From the NCBI GenBank assembly GCA_024137785.1, contig JAHRHZ010000283.1, positions 38,444,876 through 38,508,875 of the forward strand: a stretch of DNA of 64,000 bases, read 5' to 3'. The stretch comes from Ginglymostoma cirratum. Lineage: Eukaryota. The position numbers were made by a program, and so were the translations under genes. The notes below the pieces were generated by a model. That model saw nothing but the letters and a program-made list of their open reading frames with translations, had not been told where the DNA came from and did no database searches. This document shows, piece after piece, positions 25,904 to 38,200 of this stretch (position 1 is the first letter of the stretch; each line of letters opens with the position of its first letter).

Positions 25904-27559
25904 ATTGTTGCAAGAGTTCCTCAGGACAGTGTACTAGGCACTTAGATGCTTCATCCCTCCATCATAAAGTCAGACACAGAATCTTTGCTGAAGATTACAC
26001 GTTGTTCAGTGCTTTTTGTGATTTGTCAGACATCGAGGAACCCCATCCCCACATGCAGCAAAACTGGGACAACATTCAGGTTTGAGCTAGCAAGTGGCAA
26101 TAAACATTTGTACCACATAAATGACAGAATATGACCAACTTCAGCAAGGGAGAATAGTAACCATAATATCTCTGATCTAGTGGAGGCGGACAGCCTAGAA
26201 TTAACAGGTGGAGCAAACATTAGATGTTGTCATTGTAAAAATGGGAATGATCCAGAAACATAGTGTTAGCATTAGAAGATGCATTGTTACCGAACATTTT
26301 ATGTTGACTTGATTTCATCAATAACTGAAATATGATGAGATACACTATTTGCTGAACTCTTTCTCAATGCTTGCAGTAGCTCATGTCTTGTGTCCTCACT
26401 AACACATGATCTCCTACAAATCACAACTGATGAGGGACCAATCTGAGCACTCCTCAGAGGGAAAAGGGCCTTCTGAGAATGAGTTATCAAATGATTCACA
26501 CACACCATCCACAAATACAGATAATACTGGCACCTCAGTGGATAATGCTGTAGAGATGTCACAGTTGTCACATGGTGAGAAGCACATCACACGTGGGCAG
26601 GAATAGCTGCTGGAAACAAGGTCAGCGCTGGAGAGTCTCCACTGAAAGTTCAGAACACTCTAAGCACGATTCAGCTAAATGCAGACGCTAAGCTATGGGA
26701 GTCATCCACAAAAAAGTAATGGAACTGCAACACGCAACGTTTGTGGTTCTGGTAGCACTTTCAGAGGCAGTACACGTCAATTGGGGAGGGAATGGAGGTA
26801 ATTGTGTTTAGCACGACTGTGCTGATGTTCACTGACATGAAGAATCAAGCAACCTAGCAAACTATGCAGAAGAATGTCTAGCACAGATAGAACAAAGACT
26901 CGTCTTGGTTGTTCAAGGCTTTCTGATATGCTAAGATCGTTGGTTAGCAGGACAACGTAGGTGGAAAAAGGATAGGGAAAGTCTACAATTCAGTTAGGAC
27001 TCCGCAAGATGCTCTCACTTCACATTGCTTGTATTGTACAAGGGTGAGTGAGGTATTGTTTGTTGGGAAACTTACATTTTCCAAAACACAGAGGTCTTCT
27101 GCACAAAGCATCTCATCAGTACAGCAGACCATTTAGTTCTCAAGATACTTCAAGGGAAGACCACTGAAAACTACTGAAGACCACTCTCCAGATCTTTTGA
27201 AGTACCTGAAGTGTATCTTCAGCAACCCAGCTGTTTATTCTAATACTGCCCTTGTGGCCACTTTGGTCTTGTTGGGTCCCCCTTCTGGTTCGCATGTAAG
27301 GTTCCCTACAGGAATGATAAACCAGCCCGCTGCCTGTTTAGTGTCATTGTGGCAAATTGGAGACCTTAGAAAAGAAGACTGGGAAGTGAACTTATGAGGA
27401 GCTGACGGAAAGATCACCAAAAGAACCCGGAAGTGTTTGTGCTGATCTTGACAAACTGAATGGCATCACAAATCTTGTACCTTGGGTCTTCCATCAGACA
27501 CAGTTCATTTCAACCATCAACCAAGAACCATCACGTCCCTGCCTTCTAATATAAATCGA

Positions 27560-27925
27560 TCAAGAGGGATGTGGTACTGTATTGGTAGCGTAACTGATCT
27601 CATGGTAATTCAGGCATGTAGACTCTGGGGACATAGGTACAAATTACACCACAGCGGCCAGTAACATTTAAATTTGCTTAACGAATATAGGAATCTGGAA
27701 TATAAAACTAGTCTCAATAATGGTGTCATGAAACTATCATCGAACATTGCAAAAAAAATGTCTCTAATTGCAACCTTAACCTTACATGTGACTCCAGATC
27801 TACAGCAATGTAATTGATTCTTAGATTGCCCCTCTGAAATGACCTAGCAAGCCACAAAATTCAAGGGCAATTAGGAATAAACAACAAATGACGGTCCAGC
27901 CGACGACACCTATGTATCATAAAAG
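27560..27925 (+). mobile_element. Deu-type (SacSINE1-like) SINE
   Basis: Homologous in reverse to 54326-54645; tail tcaagggcaattagg...aacaaatg...ccagc. Confidence 0.65.
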
Positions 27926-28509
27926 AAAATGTAAGTCACCTGAAGGTTTTGTCCAGAGTGAAAGAAGGATGCAATGGAAGGTATTCCTCCTCTCCACTTA
28001 ACCAGATGGGCTACATTGAGGAGTGAAAAGCTGCAGGAAATATGACTGGCATAGAAGGAACAAATCAAGACGGCTTCCTCAATATCACCTTCCAGTGATC
28101 GCAAACCAACTCGACACTGAAGGAGTGTAATTGCCTAATGACAATTTCTCCAATCGCATCATTCAGCATGTGATTTACGAAAACTTCTGGTTGCCATCTG
28201 CATGCAACAAATGACGTTCTCCACATGGGGACAGCAAGCCTCTACAAAAAAGCTAAAAACCCTCTGTGTTTGATTAGCTCCACTACGGCAAAGTCCACAT
28301 ATGCGGATGCTTCGGAAAGGCACCGGTGATCTGAGAGGTACACTTACCGAGACTGGATCGAGAGATCCATGAGATGTCACCAAACCATCCCCAAACTGTT
28401 TGTTCTGACCTCGACAGTGACTGCTGATGCATGCCCATCTGGCCCTCTTGGAAAGATAGTTATTTTTTAGGGAACTGTAGATATCAGCAATGAGTGACAA
28501 CAAAAGCCT

Positions 28510-28606
28510 TTTCTGAAGGAGGGTCTAGGCCCAAAACATCAGCCTTCCTGCTCCTCTGATGCTGCTTGGCCTGCTGTGTTCATCCAGCTCTACACCATAT
28601 TATCTT
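28510..28606 (+). mobile_element. 97-bp Penelope pseudo-LTR insertion starting at a degenerate hammerhead core
   Basis: Perfect 13-bp TSD acaacaaaagcct (28497-28509 / 28607-28619); body ctgaaggagggtctaggcccaaaacatcagc... matches the pLTR of the PLE at 52246-54325. Confidence 0.9.
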
Positions 28607-29793
28607 ACAACAAAAGCCTGACTCTTTTGAGGTACTGCTACTGTGTCATGTTGAGATAGCTCATCCTCTGTCTGTGGAGCCTGTGTTGCAGATATCACCT
28701 TCTTTGAGCTGCAGTTTACTGTTCATCCCTTTGGTCATGTGGAGTGACAATTTACTGCTGAGCAGGGAGCCTGTCTTGGTGCTGGTGCTGGTGCTGCTGC
28801 TGCTATTGGTATGCTGTCTGGTGCTGTTCCTCAAGAGAATTCCAAGTTGCAGTACTCAGATGCTGCAGTGGAGACTGACAACAAGGAAAGTGAAGCAAGG
28901 GTGATCAATGACACCCTTCTGTCAGCTCAGGCAATCCACACACTCACTGTTAAAACCACAATGCTGGGTTAAATTTAAAGTTAACTGCATATTTGCATAA
29001 CACGGGATTTCATTGCTTACCCGCAAGCTAACCTAGGTCAAAGCTGGAAATAAATGGAATTATGTTAAGTTTGTGACACAACACCATTTTTGAAGTTTAA
29101 CCCTTGACCTTAATATGCTTCTCCTACCAGCTTCTTTTAAAAGTAACAGCAAGTCAAAAGCACTAACAAACAGTATAAAACTATGAGGGTTTTAGGTAGC
29201 GTGTATAGGACAGCCTCTTCCCCTTGGTTGAGGGTTTCACATCTGGGGATGAGGCACAGACATGCAGTAAGACGCTGTTTAGATGGGACTAGCAGGGATA
29301 TTTTCTTCACCCAAGGTGTGTTGAGGCTCTAGAAAACATTGCCTTAAAATGAAGTTCAAGCAGAAATCCTCAAAGCATTTAAAGAACATTTAGACATAGA
29401 CTTGAAGTACAATTACCTACAAGGTGCTGGACCTCAAACAGAAACGTGGGATTAGGCTGCATGACCACTTTTCAGCCACAATGGCTGAATTGGTGCCCTT
29501 CCATGCTATTGATTTCTATAATTCATGACTGGTTCATGTGAGCACTTCAAAGCTTAAAAACAACTTTTTAGAATATGTTTGAAAGATCTAATAAACAAGA
29601 TTTTTTTTTACTTTTACAAATAAAAGAAAGACATGCAGATATTGTACATGATATTCCTAGAAACTAGCATCTCAATTAATATTTTTCTCAATGGTTAACA
29701 GGAAAAATTAACATAATATTAGCACTTAGAATCTAATTTGTACATACTTAAGAAATGTGCTTTTAGATTAACCAAATCATGCACCATACTTAC

Positions 29794-29991
29794 TCCAAGG
29801 AATATATTTTTTGATGAATCGAATCCTGCAGCGTAAATCCGAGCAGTGTACGGCGCATTTCTGTCACAAACTATCCTACACGCAAATCTAGAGATTGTAC
29901 TTTGAGTAATTTGCATCTCTTCATTACTCTGGCTACCAGAAACAGTGTCCGTCACCACAAAGTCAATAGGGTTCTCAGTGGACCTTCCAAT
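29794..29991 (-). CDS. PELI2: Pellino-2 internal coding exon (198 bp; FHA core; equivalent to mammalian exon 4)
   Basis: IGRSTENPIDFVVTDTVSGSQSNEEMQITQSTISRFACRIVCDRNAPYTARIYAAGFDSSKNIFLG; acceptor cag at 29994-29992 after a pyrimidine tract, donor gtaagt from 29793; phase 0/0. Confidence 0.96.
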
Positions 29992-30789
29992 CTGTGAGAA
30001 AGGAAAAGTAAATGAAACTTCAACTAATTTTTTCATTGGATTTTATCAAAAGGCAGTTTATGCTTTCTCATTACAATGCAAATGCACATTTCTTCTTGAG
30101 AATTTTTAAAGACTGTTTAACATTAAAATTCAGTTTGTTTTCTAATGGCTTAAGTAAGTGATAAATTTGATTCGTATAGTTCTACTTAAGATTTGAATAA
30201 TTTTTAAATAGAATGGTCAGCTCCTTTCCCCTTTGAGGTGGAAATTGGGAGTCAAACAATTTTCTGATGTGACGATTCTGTCACCGATATAGTCATGCTT
30301 GTTTACTATAATTTTCCATCTCAGCGTTAGGGCAGGCTACTGTCTCCTGAAGCAGGGGGAAGGTGGAGGGATATAGAGATGACCAGGTTTGAAGTTCTGC
30401 TCCATTGGCTGGAATAATAGTTCAGATGTAATACTGAGTGAGGCCCCTTTATCTCCACATTCCTCATGACACGCCTCACCTCCATACCCTCTATAAGCCC
30501 CATAGTCCTTTCACATCCATTCCACCATAACAGTTCACTAACCCATACCCACTCACCTTGTATCCATCTTTTAGAGAGCTCCTGAATCCTACACAACATT
30601 AGGAAGTCTTTGAGATGCCCATGATGCTGTTATGACAAACAAACACGCATTCAAAAATAACTTCAAAAAACAAAATCCTTTTAAGTGGTCAGAAAACTGT
30701 CAAGATAAATAACAATTCTTGCTAAGTTGAATCTATGTGTGGAGTTTGGAGCTTAGACAAGGATACACAAAGGGATTCCATTACAAATC

Positions 30790-33590
30790 CTCCAGAGCTG
30801 AATATATCCCATGTATCTGCTGCCCTTGTCCTGCCAGAGAGAAGTGGTTGTGGGTTTGAAAGGCGCCGTCTAAGAATCTTTAGCAAATTTCTGCAGTGCC
30901 TCTTGTATATAGTACGAAAGACTGCTACTGAGCTGCAGTGCTGGAGGAAGTGATGCTTGTGGATATGGCAAAGCCGGCTGCTTTGTCTTGGAGGATGTCA
31001 AGTTTCTTGAGTGTTGATGGAGTTGCACCCATTCAAGCAAGTGGGGAATATTCCATCACACTCCTGACTTGTGCCTTGTAGATGACAGACAGGCTTTGAG
31101 GAATCAGGAGTTGAGCCTCTGATCTGCTCTTGTAACCACTGTTTTTATATGGTGAGTCGAGTTGAGTTTCTGGTCAATGATAACTCCCAGGATGTTGATT
31201 GTGATGGAGTCAGTGATGGTTACACCATTGAATGTTATGGGGCAGTGGTTAGATAATTGAAAATGGTCATTTACTGGCATTTGTGCGATAGGAACGTTAC
31301 TTCTCCTTGTCAACCCAAGCCTGGATATCATTCAGATCTAGGTGCATTTGGACATGGACTGCTTCAGAGGAGTCGTGAGTGGTGCTGAACATTGCACAAT
31401 CATTGGGAAAGATCCCAGTTTCTGATGGAGGAAAGGTCAATGGTGAAGCAGATGAAGCAGGACACCACCTTGAGGAACTCCTGTAAGAAATGTCCTGAAG
31501 CTGAGATGACGGACCTCAAACAACCACAACTAGCTTCCTATGTGCTGGGTATGACTTCAACCAGCAAAGCGTTTGCCCGATACCCACTGATTCCAGTGAT
31601 GCTAGGGCTCCTTGATGCCACACGCAGTCAAATGAGGCCTTAATGTCAAGGGTTATCACTTTTACCTTATCATTGTAATTTAATTCTTTTCTACATGTTT
31701 GCACGAAGCTGTAATGAAGTCAGGAGCTGAGTGGCCCTTGAGGAACCCGAACTGGGTGTCTCTGAGCAGGTTATTGCTGAGCAGGTGCTGATTAATAGCA
31801 CTTTGATGGCACCTTCCATCACTTTATTGATGATTAAGAGTAGACTGATGGGGCAGTAATTGGCTGATTTTGATCTGTCCTGCTTTTATGTAGAGGACAA
31901 ACCTGGGCAATTTTCCATATTGTCAGGTAGATGCCAGTATTGTGACTGTGTTGGAACAGCTTGGCTAGGGGAGCGGTAAGTTCTGGAGCATAAGTCTTCA
32001 GTACAATTGCCAGAATGTTATAAGGGCCCATAACCTTTGCAATATCCAGCGCCTTCAACAATTACTTGAGAAGAGAATCAAAATTGACTGAAGACTAGCA
32101 TCTATGATGCTAGGGACCACTGGAGGAGGATTATGATGAGGATCATCATCCACTTGGCATTTCTGGTTGAAGGTTAATGCAAATGCTTCATACTTATCCT
32201 TTGCACTCAGATATTGGGCTTTTCCATCATTGGGGATGGAGGCATCTGTACAGCCTCCTCTTCTAATGAGTTGTTTAATTGTCAGCACCATTCATGACTA
32301 GGTGGTGCAGGACTACAGAGCTTAGATCTGATCAGTTGGTTGTGGGATCGCTTAGCTCTGTCTATCACTTGCTGCTTATGCTATTTGTTACACAAGCAGT
32401 CCCATTTGGTACTTCACTGGGTTTTCCTCATTTTTACGTAAGCCCGGTGCTGTTCCTGGCATGGCCTCTAGCACTTTCCATTGAACTAGGGTTGATGGTA
32501 ACGGTTGAGTGGGAGACATGCCAGGCCCTGAAGTAGCAGATTCTGTCACAGTACAATTCTGCTGCTGTTGATTGCCCACAGTGCCTCATGGATGCTCAGT
32601 TTTGAGTTGCTTGATCTGTTCAAAGTTTGTCCCATTTAGCATCATGCTTTGCCACACACGATAGTTATTCTCAACGTGAAGGCAGGACTTTGTCTCTACA
32701 AGAACTGTGCGGTAGTCACTCATACTGATATTGTCATAAACAAATGCATCAGCAGCAGGCAGATTGGTAAGGATGAGGTCAAGTAGGTTTTTCTCTTATT
32801 GGTTCCCTCACTACCTGCCACAGACCCAGTCTTGCAGCAATAACCTTTAGCACCTGACCAGCTCAAACAGTCTTGCTGCTGTCAAGATACTCTTGGTGCT
32901 GGACACTGAAATCCCCACTTTTTGCACCATTGCTGTCCTCAGTGCTTTATCCACGTTTTGTTCCACATGGAGGAGTACTGATTCATCAACCAAGGGAGGC
33001 TGCATGTGGTAATTAGCAGGAGGTTTCCTTGCTCATGTTTAACCTGAAGCCATGAGGCTTCATGGGATGAGGAGTCATTGTTGAGGACACCCATAGCAAA
33101 TCCCTCCTGAGTGAACACCAATGTGCTGCAAACCCTGCTGCATTTGTCTTGCTGGTAGGATAGGACATATCCAGGAATAATGATGGTGATGTTGAAACGT
33201 TGTCCGTAAAATACGATACCACGAGTATCACTGTGTCAGGCTGCCGCTTGACTAGTCTGTGAGACAGCTCTCCCAATTTTGGCGCCAGCCTCAAGATGTT
33301 GGTTAAGGAGGACTTCGCAGGGTCACAGGGCTGTTTTTTCTGTTGTCATTTCACTGCCTAGGTTGATGCCAGGTTTCATATCTTTGTTCAGACTTCATCA
33401 CGATTGACACAACTGAGTGGTCTTGCTAGTCCACTTCAGAGGGCAGTTAGGAGTCAACCACATTGCTGTGGTTCAAATTTAAAATCTACCAAATCCTACC
33501 ATTCAAACTCAGCTCCTTCAAGGACCAACATTAACTGAATTTCTGGATTAATATTCTAGTGATAATACAACTAGGCCATCGCATCACCCC
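30790..33590 (-). mobile_element. CR1-clade LINE, long decayed copy (endonuclease plus RT) with a SINE-like 5' head
   Basis: RLAPKLGELSHRLVKRQPDTVIL, LKALDIAKVMGPYNI...APELTAPLAKLFQ...WKIAQVCPLHK and TLDIKASFDCVWHQG fragments; 33400-33590 resembles the SINE at 54326-54645. Confidence 0.85.
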
Positions 33591-34183
33591 AGTCATCACT
33601 AGTTTGAACCATATGAGAACTGGTACAGGGGTGCTTTCACTCTTTCTCAGGTGGCAAGAATAATGATGAGCAAAATTACTTAATCAAGAGAGAGCAAAAA
33701 AAAAACAAATTCTTGCCATCCATAAAAAATTCTTGCAATTAAGTCTTCACGCCTTATATTGGTGGGTTCAGAATCCTGTCATTGGGTATTGAGAGGGCTA
33801 TTTGTATCTCATCAAGTGCACAACTCTTCATGTTAGTTTCCTCTCCACAATCAAGACTAAAATCTGAGAGTGGGCAACCGTTGTCGGTATTCATCGCAAC
33901 TTGCAGAATTGCTGTGCCGGCCATCCAGTTTCTATTAACATTCTGCAGATTCATCTGCAGAAGACGTCTCCATGATCAATAGTCACATTCTTCCTGTATT
34001 CTTCATCCATGCAACTTGGCATGAGCAACGCAACAGCCACACTGATCATACTTGTTGTCAGGTCAATTCAGGCACAACTTGAGGATGTCAAGCATGTACG
34101 TTGGAGTGGAGGGAGCTTGCATGTTTGTGGCAGATTGTTTTATGCTTAGGTACCAGGCATCTTCTGTGTCTTAGCTGTGTTTT

Positions 34184-34436
34184 GATGTGGAGGTGCCAAT
34201 GTTGGACTGCAGTGGACAAGGTCAGAAATCACACGATATCAGGTTATAGTCCAACAGGTTTATTTGAAAACACAAGCTTTTGCAGCCTCAGTCCTTCTTC
34301 GGGAACAGTCCTGAAGAAGGGTTATAACGGAAACGTTGACTGATCCTTTCCTACAGATGCTGCCTGGCTTGCTGTCTTCTTCCAGCCTCCTGTTTGTCTA
34401 CCTTGGATTCCAGCATCTGCAGTGTTTTTTTGTCTC
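34184..34436. mobile_element. Two different hammerhead-bearing PLE-type terminal repeats fused back to back
   Basis: Plus: CTGAAGA-agggttataacg-GAAACGTT (34311-34337) followed by a PLE tail. Minus: CCGAAGA-aggactgaggctgc-AAAAGCTT (34302-34274) followed by an unrelated tail (aataaacctgttggactataacctg). Confidence 0.7.
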
Positions 34437-34874
34437 TAATCAAGTCAGTGAATTGGTCTCATTGTACTAGGACACTGATGACAGTCATAGCAAGTAAGTG
34501 AAGAAAGTAGAGGGGGAACCTGATGGTGAATTGCAGGGGACCAGGAGCTCTTGAATAGGAAGGTTCATGCAGGTGATGGCTTCTCTGGCTTCTACATGTG
34601 ATGGCATATGGCCAGCAAGTGCTTAAGAACCTCCAGAGTCAGAGCTCTGGGGTAAAATGGGTTCATTGATGTTAATGTTGGACCACAAACAGAAACACAA
34701 AACTGAATGTATGGGGAGCAATTCTTGGGTCATAAACAAAGCGTACCAGTCACTCACATGAACACAAAGATGGAAATTCACCAAATTGTTCCAAAAATCA
34801 ATCTGTGAAATAAGTTCAGAAAAGAGCTAGGACAGTATCCAAAATAGGTGGACTAAGTAGCTTTTTTTTATTTG

Positions 34875-37800
34875 GGGGCAGAATTTGGATCATTTTTGAG
34901 GCACTGCAAGGGCTAACTGTAGTGAAAAATCCATAGATTATACTCAAGTGGATTCTCACTTCACTGGAGGTCAGCACTGGTCAAACAATTGACGTGAATT
35001 ATATCCTGAAACAAATGTGAGCATTCATTGTGGCCACCGATTGCCACCCTGAGATCTAAGCTCATCAAATCTTAATGTCACAAGTAACTTAGAAGGAGAA
35101 GATAATGATCCCATTGGCCAGGCCAATCTATAACAAGTACTAGAAGACAACACATAGCTGCTGCCATATCCTCACAAAGAATTACAAGCTGGCAAAGACA
35201 AGGAGTATGATGTGGAAAGGATTGTGGTGAGCTTATTGGCAGAAGCCTACTCCCAATGGAACATGGACACATTAGTTGTCCACTGTGCATCTGGTAAGGT
35301 CACATACATCGGATCTGCTTAGGTGCACGACTATTATCTTCTTGGAAACTGCCAGGCAATCTTGCATTAGGACATAAAATTCAGCTTGACTGTTAAGGAT
35401 GTGAGAGCTCAGGCATACTTTTAATAACAATGTAATCTCTCTGAATTTGCCAACTAAATCTCTTCCACCTAAGCAGAAATGGCTGAGTTCAATCAGTCTT
35501 CCTTAGGCATTGCTCCTATCGAATGAGATACCAGGAACAAGAGCTTCAGAAAGCCCAGCAACAAAAACGTCCAGTGGCTGCTGCATAGCTTCCAGAGGAA
35601 GAATCAGCAGGGCAACATCCACCAAGGTAGTGCAAAGGTATAGTCAAACGTTACATTTATAGTCTTTGCTGCAATTATCTCCAAATTACAGAATGGCAAT
35701 GACACAGAAGATTAAGGATGTCCTCATCCATCATCACAAATCTATGCAAGAAACTGTACAAGGACTTGTGCTCAAAGGCACATATCTGTGACCATTGTGG
35801 TAACATGAAATGTCAGTTATTTTTTGCAGACTGCACCAGATATCCTGGGAACTGATCTGACTCCTACTTACTGCAGCATTCACAACAGAGATGTGAACTG
35901 TCCAGTGAATTTGTCACAGTCCTCAATGTCAGTGTGTTCCATTGAAGAAGCTCAAAGGCAAAATCTTGCTGCACTAAGATGAATGGACTCATCAATGATT
36001 CTGCCCTCTCACCATAAGGTTAAAGCGAGGACAAGCCCTGTCACCTTGCCTTTAAGTCGCCTTTCACCTCAGTCTCATCCACATTAACATGCAATGATTT
36101 GCCTTCCAAAGTTAAGGTTCAAAGATGCCTGACAGAAGGTGTTAGCCACATTCACCAAACTAACTGTTTGTCAGAGATGATAATTGTTTTGTTGTTGTAA
36201 AATCTTATGTCTTCGGGATATATGAAGAGCTTCCTCAGCTGTCATCTGGTTCTCACTTCACTGACTCTTATTAGTATATTATGAACAAATAATAGTTGTA
36301 CAAATGGGTGCACATGAATGAATATTTTTGAAAATATGGCTTATTTACAATGATGTAGAACCCAGGCCACCTATGTGCCCTCAGTAGATTGTCTTCCTTC
36401 TCTCCCTCCCACTATGTCTAAACACAGAACCAAAATCCAAAGTGGGGTGGAGGGAGCTTGTCATATAGTTCATCCTGTTGACTTGGAAAATGTGGGCAGT
36501 CATCACCGGTGTATTTCAGCCTAGAAGGCCCAGGCCAGCTGAGATTCTCCTGCCCAGATACAGGCTCACCCTCCTCAACTTGAAATGTTGCAGGCTTTGT
36601 GATCACAGGGAGTGACAAGTCAGAGAGGAAGGTCTCCTCCATAGTATCTTGAAAGAATCTTCTCAGTGCCTCCCTGTGGGTGTCTGCTGGCACCACCCTG
36701 TCTCGAGAGGAAGGAGCACCTGGAGTGAGGTCAAGATCCCTTATTCCACCTTGCCATTGATGCTGAACAAATATGGTTAAAGGGATGGGAGTCAGCTCTG
36801 AACGCATATCTGGCACCACCAAGCATTCTGCACGATATGTATTTCCAAGGAAGCTGCCATCATTTCTGTCGAGACTGCCAAGTGCTCAGATACTGAAGCC
36901 ACCACAGTAGTGAGGGTATGGATTGACTCCAACATTTTTTGTTCCATCCTACTGAGTGCCTTTTGCACAACTCCCTGATTTGGCTGTATCTACAGGCTGA
37001 CTGTCATTTATAGCCAAATGCAGGGGCATGTCTTCTGCACAAGGAAGAGTAGGTGTCGGATCACCTGCAGTGCTCGGAGTGCCATAGATATTTGGCATTT
37101 CCTCTTCCACCAGATTTGGAGACATGTCACAAACACGCTCACTAGATTGTATCCCTGAGTCTAATCTAGATAGATTTCCCAGCAAAGCCAAAGCCTCTGT
37201 GCTGGTGCAGAGTGCTGGTGCATCCTCTGAGGGTTCACAGACTGCCTCATCAGAGAGGGGGCTGTCACAGAGTTTGAGGATGTAGTCTCCTCTTTGTTGA
37301 GCGTCCTGGAGTGATGTTATTGCCTGTATAGCAGAAGAGAGGTAATTAGTTGGAGAAGATGGAAAAATGCTCATGCATAACAGGAATTTCTGAGTGTTGG
37401 TGGTAATTGGAGTGGAGAATAGAACAACAATGTTTACTAGGTTGGTTGCCCATTGTTGTCTCCTCAACACCACAGGTGCTTCTGGTCTTCCCAGCCAGCT
37501 CAACTAATGTATCATCAAAGGGAGCAAGGAAACTGATGGGGTTCACCCCAAGATTTCAAAGTAAGGTTTATTTCCACAAATATGTCCAATAATAGTTCCA
37601 AATGGTAATCTGTTCCACTGCTTCAAACCTAGACAGGTGACTGAGTGAACAATTAATAAAAATATCAAAGGACAGGATACAATTGACACAATAAAATCTG
37701 AATTTCAATGCTCTTCAATTTGAAAAAGTGTTTCATCCACAAGATAAATTAATTGAACACATCTGAAGATTTCTCTACATTCATAACACTGGTCAGTTTA

Positions 37801-38200
37801 ATGGACTTATCAACAAGCATTTAAAACATAATTAATTTATCAAACATCATTACATTATTTAAAGCTCACCTTATAAAATTACCTGCCAAAAGGCTGTCAA
37901 TTCTAGAACAGGCTTTGCACATTATTCATGACACCTCTGAGATGGCATGAATCATGACTGCTTCAGTAACCAGCCCAACTCCATGAAAATTGCAGGAGAT
38001 CTGAAATCACCACCCTAGAAATGGAGCCACCAGCTTTGGAATTTCTGTGTGCACCCCTATCCAGTGCCCTTAAAAATACTACATGATGGGAATGGGACAG
38101 GAAATCGGGAATCAGGTCCCAACCAGCTTTGCCCTCCTACTTCGACCCCATTCAATCTAAATACAGATTTGTATCCATTGGGCCAGCAAAATCCAACTCA
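34875..38200. mobile_element. Decayed PIF/Harbinger transposon with convergent transposase (+, about 35500-35950) and Myb-like (-, about 36400-37560) remnants
   Basis: Plus: QRLRMSSSIITNLCKKLYKDL and ICDH...CTRYPGN*SDSYLLQHSQ (cf. VCARYPGS.HD). Minus: FLAPFDDTLVELAGKTRSTCG and PSEDAPALCTSTE. Possible TIR gggcagaattt near 34876. Ends approximate. Confidence 0.55.

Larger units (their letters stand above)
26200..28970. mobile_element. Decayed PIF/Harbinger transposon: transposase remnant on minus (about 27300-28960), Myb-protein C-terminal remnant on plus (about 26400-27250)
   Basis: Minus: RQRMSYLNMTQ*QYLKRVRL, QTQRVFSFFVEACCPHVENVICCMQMA (cf. GFP.V.G.IDCTHV), LVCDH. Plus: HTPSTNTDNTGTSV. Interrupted by a SINE and a mini-PLE. 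Ends approximate. Confidence 0.6.

Noticed and set aside
28566-28904. 112-aa ORF with a hydrophobic LV-rich stretch suggesting a membrane protein
   Set aside because: Arises from the antisense of a CAG/CAC-rich microsatellite in the Harbinger remnant and starts inside a PLE insert.
29719-30036. 105-aa ORF as a complete gene
   Set aside because: Only 29794-29991 is Pellino-like; the flanking codons are intron read-through past canonical splice sites.
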